A DNA stretch of 32,000 nt from Delftia acidovorans NBRC 14950 (GTDB lineage: Bacteria > Pseudomonadota > Gammaproteobacteria > Burkholderiales > Burkholderiaceae_C): positions 1 to 32,000 of the forward strand of contig NZ_BCZP01000016.1 in NCBI RefSeq assembly GCF_001598795.1. Reading direction: 5' to 3'. The translations under genes were made by a program, and so were the position numbers. Below the pieces are notes generated by a model. That model made no database searches, was not told the origin of the DNA, and worked only from the letters and a program-made list of their open reading frames with translations. Position 1 is the first letter of the stretch. Each line of letters begins with the position of its first letter. Positions 23,431 to 31,994 of the stretch are shown here, piece after piece.

Positions 23431-23709
23431 ATGGCGATTTCAGAAAAGATCCAGGACCTGCGCAAGTGGGATGACTCTCGCAAGGGATTTACGGGAGAGC
23501 ACTGGCTGGTGCTCGGTGCTGGCCTATTGGCTCTGCGCCACGCCCGGCGGACGGAAAGTGGCATGGGCCGTGTTGTGAGTGGTGCGCTGGGCACAGCACT
23601 GATAGCGCGGGCGGTAACGGGCCGCGATGGTGTTCTGGGAACGGCAGAGCGCTTGGCTGCAAAGCCCACGCTGGCCGAGCGCCTGCAGATCGCCGCGCGC
23701 CGACTGTAG
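23431..23709 (+). CDS. Hypothetical membrane protein
   Basis: The AGGAG RBS lies inside the end of the upstream ORF. The 92-aa product has hydrophobic segments HWLVLGAGLLAL and VVSGALGTALIARAV. Confidence 0.5.
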   Translation: MAISEKIQDLRKWDDSRKGFTGEHWLVLGAGLLALRHARRTESGMGRVVSGALGTALIARAVTGRDGVLGTAERLAAKPTLAERLQIAARRL

Positions 23710-23723
23710 ACACGCAGACGAAG

Positions 23724-23753
23724 AAAAGGCCCGCAGTTGCGGGCCTTGTTTTT
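23724..23753. terminator. Bidirectional terminator between convergent genes
   Basis: AAGGCCCGC agtt GCGGGCCTT, flanked by an A-run and GTTTTT. Confidence 0.75.
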
Positions 23754-23767
23754 AGGTCAGGGCTGCA

Positions 23768-25708
23768 TCAACGCTGGCGGCGTATGCGACGCAGGCCGAA
23801 CATCGCCAGCAGGGCAGACATCAGAATGACGCCCCACTCGCTGAGCGTAGGAATGGCTGCGGCGCCGCCGACTGGAGCTGCTGCCAGCACGGGCACGAGT
23901 GGGTCTGCGATCACGCCCACGGCAGGGTTGGTATCACCCGGGCCGTTGTCGGTGATGGTGTAGGTCACCGTGGTGCGCGCACCGTTCACGATGACGTTCA
24001 GCGCGGTCACAGGGTCGAACCATCCGCCGGCTCCATCGGGCTTGCGGAACTGCACGCCCTCGGGGAGAGCGCTGGGATAGGTGAGGGTCATCGTCACAGA
24101 TCCGGTGCAGTTTTCGGCGCTGAAAGCGAATTGACCGCTGGGCGCTTGGAGGTTCGGAGGGGTGGAGGTCACAGGTCCGAAGCCGCCGCCAGGCTGCAGC
24201 GTGCAGGTGGTGCCGCCGCCGGACATCGTGGCAGACGGTATGCCGGTCATGCCAGGCACACTGCCGGGCGCGCTCACCAGTTGCAGCTTGCGCGGCGTGG
24301 CTTGTGTGCTTGCAGAGGCTGCACCGGTTGTCCCGTTGGATGCCGCGACCGTGAAGTTGTAGGTGAAGCCATTGCTCAGGCCAGCCACGACGATGGGGGA
24401 TGTCGTTCCTTGCTGAGTGATTACACCAGGCGCACCGGGCACGGCCACGGGGGTTGCGGTCACGGTATAGCCTGTGATGGGGGTGCCGCCGTTAGATGCA
24501 GGTGCAGTAAAGGTCACCGTAGCCTGTCCGTCGGCTGCAGTGACGTTGCCGATGGTGGGGGCTCCGGGTGCCGCTGCATTCACCATGAAGGTTTGAGACA
24601 CCTGTGATGCAGGCAGATAGCTTGCGTTACCACTTTGGTTCGCATCGACGGTGCAAGAGCCTGTGTTCACAAAAGTCAGCATGCCGCCCGAGGTGACCGT
24701 GCACACGGCAGTTGTGGTTGCACTGAAGGCCACGGGCAGGCTGGAACTGGCCGTCGCGGTCAGTGTTGGCGTTGTGCCGAAAGTTTGGTCGCCGGGGTTT
24801 GTGAACGTGATGCTCTGGGTTTGCTGTCCATTCACCAGTACGCCGGTCGTGGCGCCTACGTTTGCCAAATTCAGTACAACGTTGGTGCCTCCGCTCGTCA
24901 TCGTGCTCCCATTGAGATTGATGGCTGTCCCTAACGTCACTCCATTTGCATCCAAGTCACCTGGCTGCACGGTGTATATGAAAGTCAGGGTGGAGGTGTT
25001 GCTGCCACCGACGAAGTTCGCTTGCCGGACAGTTGAACCAATCGTCAAAGGAATTGACGGTGGGCCGCCAGCTGTGACGGCGACGGGAGCGCTGTAGGTC
25101 ACATTGAACTGCAGGTTCTGTCCAGCACTATAGGTTCCGTTGGGAGGAACGCTTACTGATTGCACTGAGGGGGCAGCGGCCGCAAGCATGTAGCTCAGCG
25201 CGGTTTGGCAGGCGTTGGCGTCTGTGATGGTCACCCAATATTGACCGGGAGCTAGTCCTGTCGCGGTTGCCGCTGTGCCCCCGGAGGGGATCCAGGCGTA
25301 GGTGTAGCCAGGAGTCCCCCCGCTCGCGACAACTGCTGCGCTACCGTTGTTGCCTCCAGTGGGATTGATCTGCGACTTTGTGCCTGATAGGGCTGCTACA
25401 GGTTGTCCAACTGTGACAGACGCAGTTCCCTGTAAGTTGTTCGAGTCAGTAACTTCGACGGTGTAAGTGCCAGCCATGAGCCCTGAGGCGGTAGCGTTTG
25501 TGCCTCCAGTGGGTGCCCATGAGTAGGAGAAGGGCGCAACACCGTTCTGGATGCTGTGGGCCGTGGCTGTGCCATTGTTTCCTCCGTAACACGAGACATT
25601 GGTATGTGATGTGGATACGTTGAGCAACTGTGCGCTGGCGGAGCCAGCAAAGGCCACAAGAGCCACGGCGCTGCCCAGTGCCCATGTGCGGAAATTCCCG
25701 GATGACAT
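23768..25708 (-). CDS. Secreted surface protein: two SprB-type repeats, Ig/FN3-like domains, C-terminal IPTL-CTERM sorting signal
   Basis: Signal peptide ...ALVAFAGSASA|Q. SprB-like repeats are VSCYGGNNGTATA...FSYSWAPTGG...LMAGTYTVEVTD and GGNNGSAAV...YTYAWIPSGG...LAPGQYWVTITDANAC. An FN3-like segment is APGAPTIGNVTAADGQATVTFTAPASNGGTPITGYTVTA. The C-terminus is IPTLSEWGVILMSALLAMFGLRRIRRQR. Confidence 0.85.
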   Translation of the reverse strand: MSSGNFRTWALGSAVALVAFAGSASAQLLNVSTSHTNVSCYGGNNGTATAHSIQNGVAPFSYSWAPTGGTNATASGLMAGTYTVEVTDSNNLQGTASVTVGQPVAALSGTKSQINPTGGNNGSAAVVASGGTPGYTYAWIPSGGTAATATGLAPGQYWVTITDANACQTALSYMLAAAAPSVQSVSVPPNGTYSAGQNLQFNVTYSAPVAVTAGGPPSIPLTIGSTVRQANFVGGSNTSTLTFIYTVQPGDLDANGVTLGTAINLNGSTMTSGGTNVVLNLANVGATTGVLVNGQQTQSITFTNPGDQTFGTTPTLTATASSSLPVAFSATTTAVCTVTSGGMLTFVNTGSCTVDANQSGNASYLPASQVSQTFMVNAAAPGAPTIGNVTAADGQATVTFTAPASNGGTPITGYTVTATPVAVPGAPGVITQQGTTSPIVVAGLSNGFTYNFTVAASNGTTGAASASTQATPRKLQLVSAPGSVPGMTGIPSATMSGGGTTCTLQPGGGFGPVTSTPPNLQAPSGQFAFSAENCTGSVTMTLTYPSALPEGVQFRKPDGAGGWFDPVTALNVIVNGARTTVTYTITDNGPGDTNPAVGVIADPLVPVLAAAPVGGAAAIPTLSEWGVILMSALLAMFGLRRIRRQR

Positions 25709-25895
25709 GTTGGTTCCTTTTTAGCGAACGGCTCGCTCCCTGCAGCGCTCTATACCGAACCCATGTTCGATGGCTGAATTCGTTGCAAATTGTAGAAATT
25801 TGTGTATTTTGTGTATATCACTGAAACTTGGTAGTTATTTGGAGTGGGCGGCCTGGTGCTGTGGCGGTCGCCCCAAGCCTGCCAGCTTCGGGCGG

Positions 25896-26130
25896 ATGAG
25901 CAAGCAACAGAAACAGGCGCCGCAGTGGGAGCGCGTCGAGCTGGACGCGCGCTGTCTCTAACGGCCTGCGCGAGCAATCTGCAGATGCCGCCCGCAGACT
26001 TGCCAGCACTCCCCCGCATCCGTCCTTGAATACGCCACTGCCGTCAATGCCGTATATGAAGACTGCCGCGCAGCGTATGGGGACATGGCAGCAAAGGCTG
26101 CAGGACACGCAGCCGATGTCCAATCATTAG
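25896..26130 (+). pseudogene. Second, frameshifted copy of the small MSK.QKQAPQWER.ELD ORF
   Basis: MSKQQKQAPQWERVELD, then a stop after 4 more codons. The +1 frame continues to ...AAQRMGTWQQRLQDTQPMSNH*, whose C-terminus parallels AARWRGTMQALKKQEQ of copy 1. Confidence 0.4.
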
Positions 26131-26415
26131 GTGCTGCATGGCCTGGAATATCCAAGGATTTAAATCGCGTTTAATTTCTTGGTTAGATGCTTGATTATAG
26201 GAAATCAACTAATGAATTTTTAGGTCAGAGTGTGATTTATGGTTTATCCCAAGCTCGTCAATTCCTGAAAGTGTCGCAGGATTAAATGATTCATATTGTC
26301 AGCTTGGGATTAGATTAGCTTGCGGCTAGGGATGTGATTTTTTTCTGCAGCTCCTCTAAGAGTGGCTAACCCCACTCCACCAAATGGCTCCTCAGCGGTT
26401 GTGCTCGCTGCCGTC

Positions 26416-26730
26416 ATGGCACGACGACCCGTAAGCAACGAACTGTGGCGATAGCTGCAACCCCTGATCCCAGCCTTCGTGCCTTCCGCCAAAGGTGGTG
26501 CGCGCAAGCTCGCAGTCAGCGATGAGGCCGCCCTCAACGGCATCTTGTTCGTGCTGCAAACAGGCATTCCATGGGAAGACCTCCATTGGAGCGGGGTGGA
26601 TGCAGCCGGCCAACTCGTCCAACCGGCCAGAACGGTACTGGGCTTTTGCCATAGCAGTGCAGCCGTAATGCTGACGCCCATGCCGTGCTTGGGCGGCGGA
26701 AAAAACTACTACCAGGCTGAAAGGCATTGA
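26416..26730 (+). mobile_element. IS5-family transposase relic (N-terminal HTH/DUF4096-like part, with an in-frame stop)
   Basis: MARRPVSNELWR*LQPLIPAFVPSAKGGARKLAVSDEAALNGILFVLQTGIPWEDL matches the conserved N-terminal region of IS5/IS427-type transposases. TAG at 26452-26454. No DDE domain and no recognisable inverted repeats. Confidence 0.6.
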
Positions 26731-26768
26731 AGGAATCACAGCGCACGCGCGCTGTGATCATTCCTTTT
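26730..26768. terminator. Long imperfect hairpin (possible bidirectional terminator)
   Basis: AAGGAAT-CACAGCGC acgc GCGCTGTG-atc-ATTCCTT followed by TTT. It lies between the IS relic and the 3' end of the glycine-rich gene. Confidence 0.35.
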
Positions 26769-26804
26769 GGGGCGGGTCCTCAAAAATCCGTCCCGCTCCT
26801 GTGC

Positions 26805-27896
26805 TCAGTACTGGCGCCGCGTCCTGGCTACGCCGACCAAGGCCAGCAGGCCCGACAGCAGCAGCAGGCTCCATTCGCCAAGCGTGGGGATGGCCTGGGC
26901 TGATGCGATTGGGGGCGCGAAGGTGATCAGAACGGACCCGTCCGCACCATTCGAATCTCCGACGCCACCCATCCCCGCTCCGCTGGTGGCTGCTGCGAAT
27001 GTGATTCCGGTGCCGTAGCTGCTGCCACCACCACCAGCGCCGCCTATGTCGTCAGTGTTCCCGCCGCCGCCACCACCGCCGCCGCCGTAGCCGCCGCCAC
27101 CACCACCGGCGTTGTAGCCGCCGGCTCCTCCGCCGCCAGCACCGCCACCGCCCAAACCGGGGCCCATGCTGCCGGCGCTGGCGCCACTGGCTCCTGGTCC
27201 TGCAGGACCCACGCCGCTGCCGCTGCCGCCTCCGTCATTGCCTGTGGCCGTGCTGCCGTCCCTGCTGCTGGTGCTGCCGCCAGCGCCTCCCGTGCCGTCG
27301 GTGCCAATGCCACCGGCCCCGCCTGTGCCAGCCACCGTACCGCCTGCGCCACCGGGGTGTGCCGGGTTGCCCATCGTTCCGTTGCTGCCGTTGCCACCTC
27401 CTACGCCCACTCCCGCATTGCCACCGGAAACTCCAGCGGTGTCGTTGCGGCCGGCGCCGCCTCCGCCGCCCGCCACGGCCAGAACGGTGAGGGCGGATGT
27501 GTCGATGATGCTGCTGCTTCCACCGCCCCCTGCGCCGACAGGCCCTCCTGTGGCGCCTCCGCCACCGACGCTGATCAGGAGGTTGTTGGCAGGAGTCACC
27601 GCCAAGCTGCCTGTGCCAACGGCGGCGTTTCCTCCTGTCACCATGGATGAGCTGAGAACGCCCCCGCCGCCACCGCCGATGAGGGCGACGGTCATGGTCG
27701 TGATGCCTGCAGGTACGGTGCAAACCTGGGGTCCGCCAGCGGCGGTGTAAACCGTTCCACTGACGCAGGGCGCCGCCCAGGCCGCAGGGGCCAGACACGC
27801 AGCGCAAGCTGCCAGAAGACGCGCATTCAATATGCCCTTGCGCAGTTCAGGCCAAGGCGTGATCCATCTTTGTTGATTCGGTGTTGTTGCTCGCAT
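26805..27896 (-). CDS. Secreted glycine-rich-domain protein with IPTL-CTERM sorting signal
   Basis: Signal peptide ...ARLLAACAACLAPAAWA|AP; an alternative TTG start at 27830, preceded by AAGGG, gives a cleaner signal. GGGGGG/GAGG tracts run throughout. The C-terminus is IPTLGEWSLLLLSGLLALVGVARTRRQY. Confidence 0.8.
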   Translation of the reverse strand: MRATTPNQQRWITPWPELRKGILNARLLAACAACLAPAAWAAPCVSGTVYTAAGGPQVCTVPAGITTMTVALIGGGGGGVLSSSMVTGGNAAVGTGSLAVTPANNLLISVGGGGATGGPVGAGGGGSSSIIDTSALTVLAVAGGGGGAGRNDTAGVSGGNAGVGVGGGNGSNGTMGNPAHPGGAGGTVAGTGGAGGIGTDGTGGAGGSTSSRDGSTATGNDGGGSGSGVGPAGPGASGASAGSMGPGLGGGGAGGGGAGGYNAGGGGGGYGGGGGGGGGNTDDIGGAGGGGSSYGTGITFAAATSGAGMGGVGDSNGADGSVLITFAPPIASAQAIPTLGEWSLLLLSGLLALVGVARTRRQY

Positions 27897-28167
27897 TTTT
27901 CCTCATCCCTTGGTGAATATATTTTGCGAGCGCGATGCTATGTGATGGTCTGAATATTGTCTATTGAGGAATTACTTGATTTCGGCTTGTGGAGTCAGGT
28001 TGATATTGTTTATATATTGATATAAATAAATCAATAGAAAATTAAAATGTATTGAGTTTGAGATTATTGGGTTTTATTTTTTTGGGTTTATTTCCCAGTT
28101 GAATGCCAATAAACCATCATGGTATTACTTGGCGGCGATTAGCTCTGCTATTTTTGATTTTCAATGG

Positions 28168-28198
28168 AAAAATGCCTCGAATTAATGCGAGGCCTTTT
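28168..28198. terminator. Terminator hairpin downstream of the amidase gene (- strand)
   Basis: GCCTCG aattaatg CGAGGC, flanked by an A-run (28168-28172) and a T-run (28195-28198). Confidence 0.55.
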
Positions 28199-28274
28199 CC
28201 TATGCAAAGCACAAAGCGAAATCAACATTGAGGCAGCAGTGCGCGAGCCCATGGCCTGTGCCTGAAGTTGATTC

Positions 28275-29348
28275 TCACAATCCAAGAAACTCAAACGGTA
28301 CCGATTCCTGAAAATTCCGCGTGGCATCGCCCGAGAATGTGTGGTCCTGATCCGGTCCCAGGTCGAGCTTGAGCACCTTGCCGGCTTGCTTGCTGAAGTC
28401 CAGTGCCTTGAGGTCCACCCAGAAGGTATTCGGTGTCAGGGCCGACTCGAAGAAGTAGAGCTTGCGCTGGTGGTCGAACACGGTTCTCCAGCGGGTAGAC
28501 GAAATGTTGGGCTCTTCGGGAGTGTTCAGGCCATATGGCACCGAGGCGTTGCGGATCACGCTGAAGACGCTGGCAAGCGCCTTGTTGGGGTCCGGGCTTT
28601 TGGGGATCGCGTTGACGTAGAACGATGCGCGGGCAAAGCGGTCGGCGGCCCGGTTGGTGCCGGGCAGCATGGTGGTGCCGCCCACTTGCTTCCAATAGGC
28701 GTTCAGGGCCAGTTGCTGATCGAAGGTCGGCGAGTTGGTCATGACCTGGTATTCACGGCCGTGGTGTATCACCTGCCGGCCGTTGATGTATTCGACGATC
28801 GCGCTGTCGCCGCTGGCGTCGGACATCGAGAGGTGCAGCGTCGTCAGGCGGCTCTCTCCGGGCACGTTGTCCGAGACGATGGTGAAGGGCTCTTTCTCCA
28901 AAGCCGCGACGGCTTCCTTCACGGTGGCGAAGTTGTCCAGCACATACTGCGCCCAAGCCGCAATGGTCAGGCCGGGTTTGCTGCCTGCGCCGAAAGCGGG
29001 GTATTGGGATTCCACGAGCCATAGCAGGTTGGCATTCAGGCCGGCCTCATTGACTCCATCGGTGGTGGAAACGTCATAGCCCGAGGTGACAACGCTGCCG
29101 TACCTGGAAGTCCAGCGCAGGGAATTGGGGCCGGCCTTGCCGCTGCGCTCCATGCCGCGCGGCAGTACCCAGAGATTGCTGACGATGTCGCTTTTCCAAT
29201 CCATGGAGCGTGCCGTCACGACCTGGCCATTCGCACCCAAATAGACAAGGCGAGTACAGGCCCAGGCGCTGGAAAGGGCTGCAAGCCCGGCAAATCCCAC
29301 CAGCAATGCGCCCACAACGGGACGAATCTGCAATGCGCTTTTCTTCAC
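28275..29348 (-). CDS. Secreted Ntn-hydrolase, choloylglycine hydrolase / linear amide C-N hydrolase family (penicillin V acylase-like)
   Basis: AAGGAA lies 6 nt upstream of GTG 29348. The signal peptide ends ...ALSSAWA|CTRLVYLG, exposing the family's N-terminal nucleophile Cys. Family-like motifs RSMDW and NEAGL are present. The ORF-track start 29405 is less likely. Confidence 0.8.
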   Translation of the reverse strand: MKKSALQIRPVVGALLVGFAGLAALSSAWACTRLVYLGANGQVVTARSMDWKSDIVSNLWVLPRGMERSGKAGPNSLRWTSRYGSVVTSGYDVSTTDGVNEAGLNANLLWLVESQYPAFGAGSKPGLTIAAWAQYVLDNFATVKEAVAALEKEPFTIVSDNVPGESRLTTLHLSMSDASGDSAIVEYINGRQVIHHGREYQVMTNSPTFDQQLALNAYWKQVGGTTMLPGTNRAADRFARASFYVNAIPKSPDPNKALASVFSVIRNASVPYGLNTPEEPNISSTRWRTVFDHQRKLYFFESALTPNTFWVDLKALDFSKQAGKVLKLDLGPDQDHTFSGDATRNFQESVPFEFLGL

Positions 29349-29501
29349 GGGCAATTCCTTTGTAAGCAAATGGACTGGCGCAGTGTAGGCGGCAGGCATT
29401 TGCATCCAGAGTCGGATAAAGCCGCATTGGAGACGGCCAAGGCGATGGCCGATGGTTTTATGGGCGTGGTGCAGGCAACGGCACGCGCGCTGGCAGCACG
29501 G

Positions 29502-29600
29502 TCAGATGGCGTGGCTGAGCATGGGGCTGGCCAGCATTGCGACGGCAAAGGAAATGGCGCAGATGGCAGACCACAGAAAGACGAGGAAGAGGTGTCGCAT
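29502..29600 (-). CDS. Possible 32-aa membrane peptide
   Basis: MRHLFLVFLWSAICAISFAVAMLASPMLSHAI. Its ATG overlaps the upstream stop by 1 nt (TGATG). Confidence 0.3.
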   Translation of the reverse strand: MRHLFLVFLWSAICAISFAVAMLASPMLSHAI

Positions 29601-29803
29601 CAGAAGGTTCTCGGCAGTTCGGTGGCGAATGCGGTCCGCAAGGCGCGCAAGCCCCGCGCGTACAGGCGCCCCAGGGGCGAGCGCGACTCCATGCGCAGCA
29701 GCAAAGGCTGGTTGCCGCGCACGGGAAAGGCTTCCAGCAGGCTGCGGTGGTAGCGGGCATCCGGGTCCGGGTTGAAGCTTTCTGTCGGAACGACTCGACT
29801 CAT
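29600..29803 (-). CDS. Hypothetical protein (67 aa)
   Basis: GGAGA lies 7 nt upstream of the ATG. GC3-rich codon usage is consistent with host genes (MSRVVPTESFNPDPDARYHRSLLEAFPVRGNQ...). Confidence 0.45.
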   Translation of the reverse strand: MSRVVPTESFNPDPDARYHRSLLEAFPVRGNQPLLLRMESRSPLGRLYARGLRALRTAFATELPRTF

Positions 29804-30074
29804 CTTGTATCTCCGTCACATGATTTGGAGAGGTTTCTGGGTACGTGCTCTCCTATGGGCTCTATTTCAATTGGTTGCGCGGTGTTTCTGTGCGGGCCAA
29901 GGTTGAGGTCGCATGTAGGCCGCGCCTGTACGCCGTGTATGTGTTTTGCGGACGCGCTGTGCGCTGCGTCCTCAGGCCTCGCAGGGGTGCAAGGAGTGGC
30001 CTCCAAGCCTCTTTGCGGCGGCTTGCCGTGCCTAGAATTCCTGGTCCCCATTTCATTTATGTGCCAGGAGTTCC

Positions 30075-30551
30075 ATGTCGTCCCTTGTTCCTCCGCTTCA
30101 GATCCGGCCTGTCACACAGGCGGATCACCACCAATGGCTTCCTCTCTGGCAGTGCTACAACGCCTTTTATGGGCGCGCTGGCGAGACGGCGCTGCCGGAA
30201 GGCATCACACAGGCCACCTGGGAGCGTTTCCTCAATCCGCTGGAGCCGGTGTTTGCGCTCGTGGCGGAGAGCGAGGGTGAGCTGGTCGGCCTGGCGCACT
30301 ACCTGTTTCATCGCAGCACCACGCGGCTGGAGCCGGTGTGCTATCTGCAGGATCTGTTTGCCGATGCGCGCCGGCGCAAGCAGGGCATTGGCAAGTCGCT
30401 CATCCGTGCGGTCTATGCGCAGGCTGCGCAGGCGGGAGCGCGCCGCGTGTACTGGCAGACGCAGTCCTCCAACGAGGCGGGCCGCGCGCTGTATGACCAG
30501 GTGGCCGAGCACCGAGGCTTCATCGTCTACGGGCACGAAGTGCAGGGCTGA
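30075..30551 (+). CDS. GNAT-family N-acetyltransferase
   Basis: AGGAG RBS. 158 aa with the acetyl-CoA-binding motif RRRKQGIGKSLI and a typical GNAT layout. Confidence 0.85.
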   Translation: MSSLVPPLQIRPVTQADHHQWLPLWQCYNAFYGRAGETALPEGITQATWERFLNPLEPVFALVAESEGELVGLAHYLFHRSTTRLEPVCYLQDLFADARRRKQGIGKSLIRAVYAQAAQAGARRVYWQTQSSNEAGRALYDQVAEHRGFIVYGHEVQG

Positions 30552-30692
30552 GGCTGACGCTTTGTTGTCGGGTAGGCGGCCTGGATACGAAACCTGTTGA
30601 AACAGCGGGCGTGCGCTGCCGCTGCAAGGCCTGCGGGCAGCCCGGCAACCCTAGAATCACGCGTTGTCCTATCGCTGCTAGCGCTGCACCCC

Positions 30693-31994
30693 ATGTCCAA
30701 TCTCATCGTCCACGGCGGCACGCCTTTGCGCGGCCGCGTCGTTCCCTCCGCCAACAAGAATGCCGTGCTGCCGATTCTGTGCGCCACGCTGCTGACCGAT
30801 CAGCCGCTGCGGCTGCATGGCGTGCCGGACATCACGGATGTGCGCAAGATCCTCGACATCTTTCGCACGCTGGGCAGCGAGGTGCAGCTGGACGAGACCA
30901 CGCGCACGCTGCAGCTGCACCACCGCGACACGCGCTTTGACGCGTCCTCGCACCGCCTGCCCGAGGAAATGCGCTCTTCCATCATGCTAGTGCCGCCGCT
31001 GCTGGCGCGCTTTGGCGTGGCGCGGCTGGAGGACAACGTCAAGGGCTGCACGCTGGGTGTGCGCGAGATCGATCCGCACGTGGATATCTTTCGCTCCTTT
31101 GGCGGAGAGGTGGAGCGCGCCAGCGGCTCCCTGCTGATCCACAGTGCCGCGCCGCTCAAGGCCGTGCGCCACTGGCTGGACTACGCCTCGGTCACGGCTA
31201 CGGAGAACTTCGTGCTGTGCGCCGTGGCTGCGCAGGGCGAGTCCATGCTGACCAATGCGGCCTGTGAGCCGCATGTGCAGGAGTTCTGCCGCTTCATGGT
31301 GATGATGGGTGCTGATATTGACGGCATTGGCACCTCTCGGTTGACGGTGCGCGGCGGTGCGCCGCTGGGCGGCGGCGATTTCATCTTCGAGGAAGACTTC
31401 CACGAGATCACCACCTTTCTCGCGCTGGGTGCGATCACGGGCGGCGATGTGGAGGTGCGCAACAGCACGCCGGACAACTTTCCGCTGATCGACCGCACCT
31501 TCGCCAAGTTTGGCGTGCAGGTGGAGCACAAGAACGGCTGGTCGCGCGCGCTGCGCTCGGGGCCGCTGAAGGTGCAGACGCCTTTCACCAGCAATGTGCT
31601 TACCAAGGTGGAAGCCGCTCCCTGGCCGTACTTTCCGGTGGATCTGCTGCCCATCTTCATTGCGCTGGGTGTGCATGCGCAGGGCAATGCGCTGTTCTGG
31701 AACAAGATCTATGACGGCGCGCTGGGCTGGACGGGCGAGCTGTCCAAGTTCGGTGCCCATGTGTTTTCTTCGGACCCGCACCGCGTGGTCACCTTTGGCG
31801 GCAATCCGCTGACGCCGGCCGTGGTGGAGAGCCCCTACATCATCCGCGTGGCGATTGCGCTGTTCATGGTCGCCAGCAGCATCGAGGGTCGATCGGAGAT
31901 CCGCAACGCCACGCCGATTCGCCGTGCGCATCCGCACTTCGTCGAGAACCTGCGCAGCCTGGGCGCGCGGGTGGAGTGGACCAACGAGGAGTGA
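30693..31994 (+). CDS. UDP-N-acetylglucosamine 1-carboxyvinyltransferase family (MurA-like enolpyruvyl transferase)
   Basis: MSNLIVHGGTPLRGRVVPSANKNAVLPILCATLL... parallels the MurA N-terminus. The active-site Cys context is KGCTLGVREIDPHVD. The 433-aa product ends at TGA 31992-31994. The N-terminal extension from 30597 is unlikely. Confidence 0.8.
   Translation: MSNLIVHGGTPLRGRVVPSANKNAVLPILCATLLTDQPLRLHGVPDITDVRKILDIFRTLGSEVQLDETTRTLQLHHRDTRFDASSHRLPEEMRSSIMLVPPLLARFGVARLEDNVKGCTLGVREIDPHVDIFRSFGGEVERASGSLLIHSAAPLKAVRHWLDYASVTATENFVLCAVAAQGESMLTNAACEPHVQEFCRFMVMMGADIDGIGTSRLTVRGGAPLGGGDFIFEEDFHEITTFLALGAITGGDVEVRNSTPDNFPLIDRTFAKFGVQVEHKNGWSRALRSGPLKVQTPFTSNVLTKVEAAPWPYFPVDLLPIFIALGVHAQGNALFWNKIYDGALGWTGELSKFGAHVFSSDPHRVVTFGGNPLTPAVVESPYIIRVAIALFMVASSIEGRSEIRNATPIRRAHPHFVENLRSLGARVEWTNEE

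Noticed and set aside
27040-27600. Highly repetitive GGC/GCC-rich DNA as a possible CRISPR or tandem-repeat array
   Set aside because: It has no regular repeat-spacer periodicity. It is the coding sequence of glycine tracts in the 363-aa IPTL-CTERM protein, and the mirror ORFs at 27166..27750 and 27235..27807 are artefacts.
29370-30600. Large plus-strand ORFs 29370..29753, 29537..30280 and 29845..30600
   Set aside because: Their composition is Arg/Ala/Cys-rich and typical of wrong-frame high-GC translation. They overlap the well-supported GNAT gene or the RBS-supported minus-strand small genes, and they have no RBS.
30987-31937. 316-aa minus-strand ORF antisense to the MurA-like gene
   Set aside because: It is an antisense artefact of a GC3-rich gene. 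The product is Arg/His-rich with no motif.
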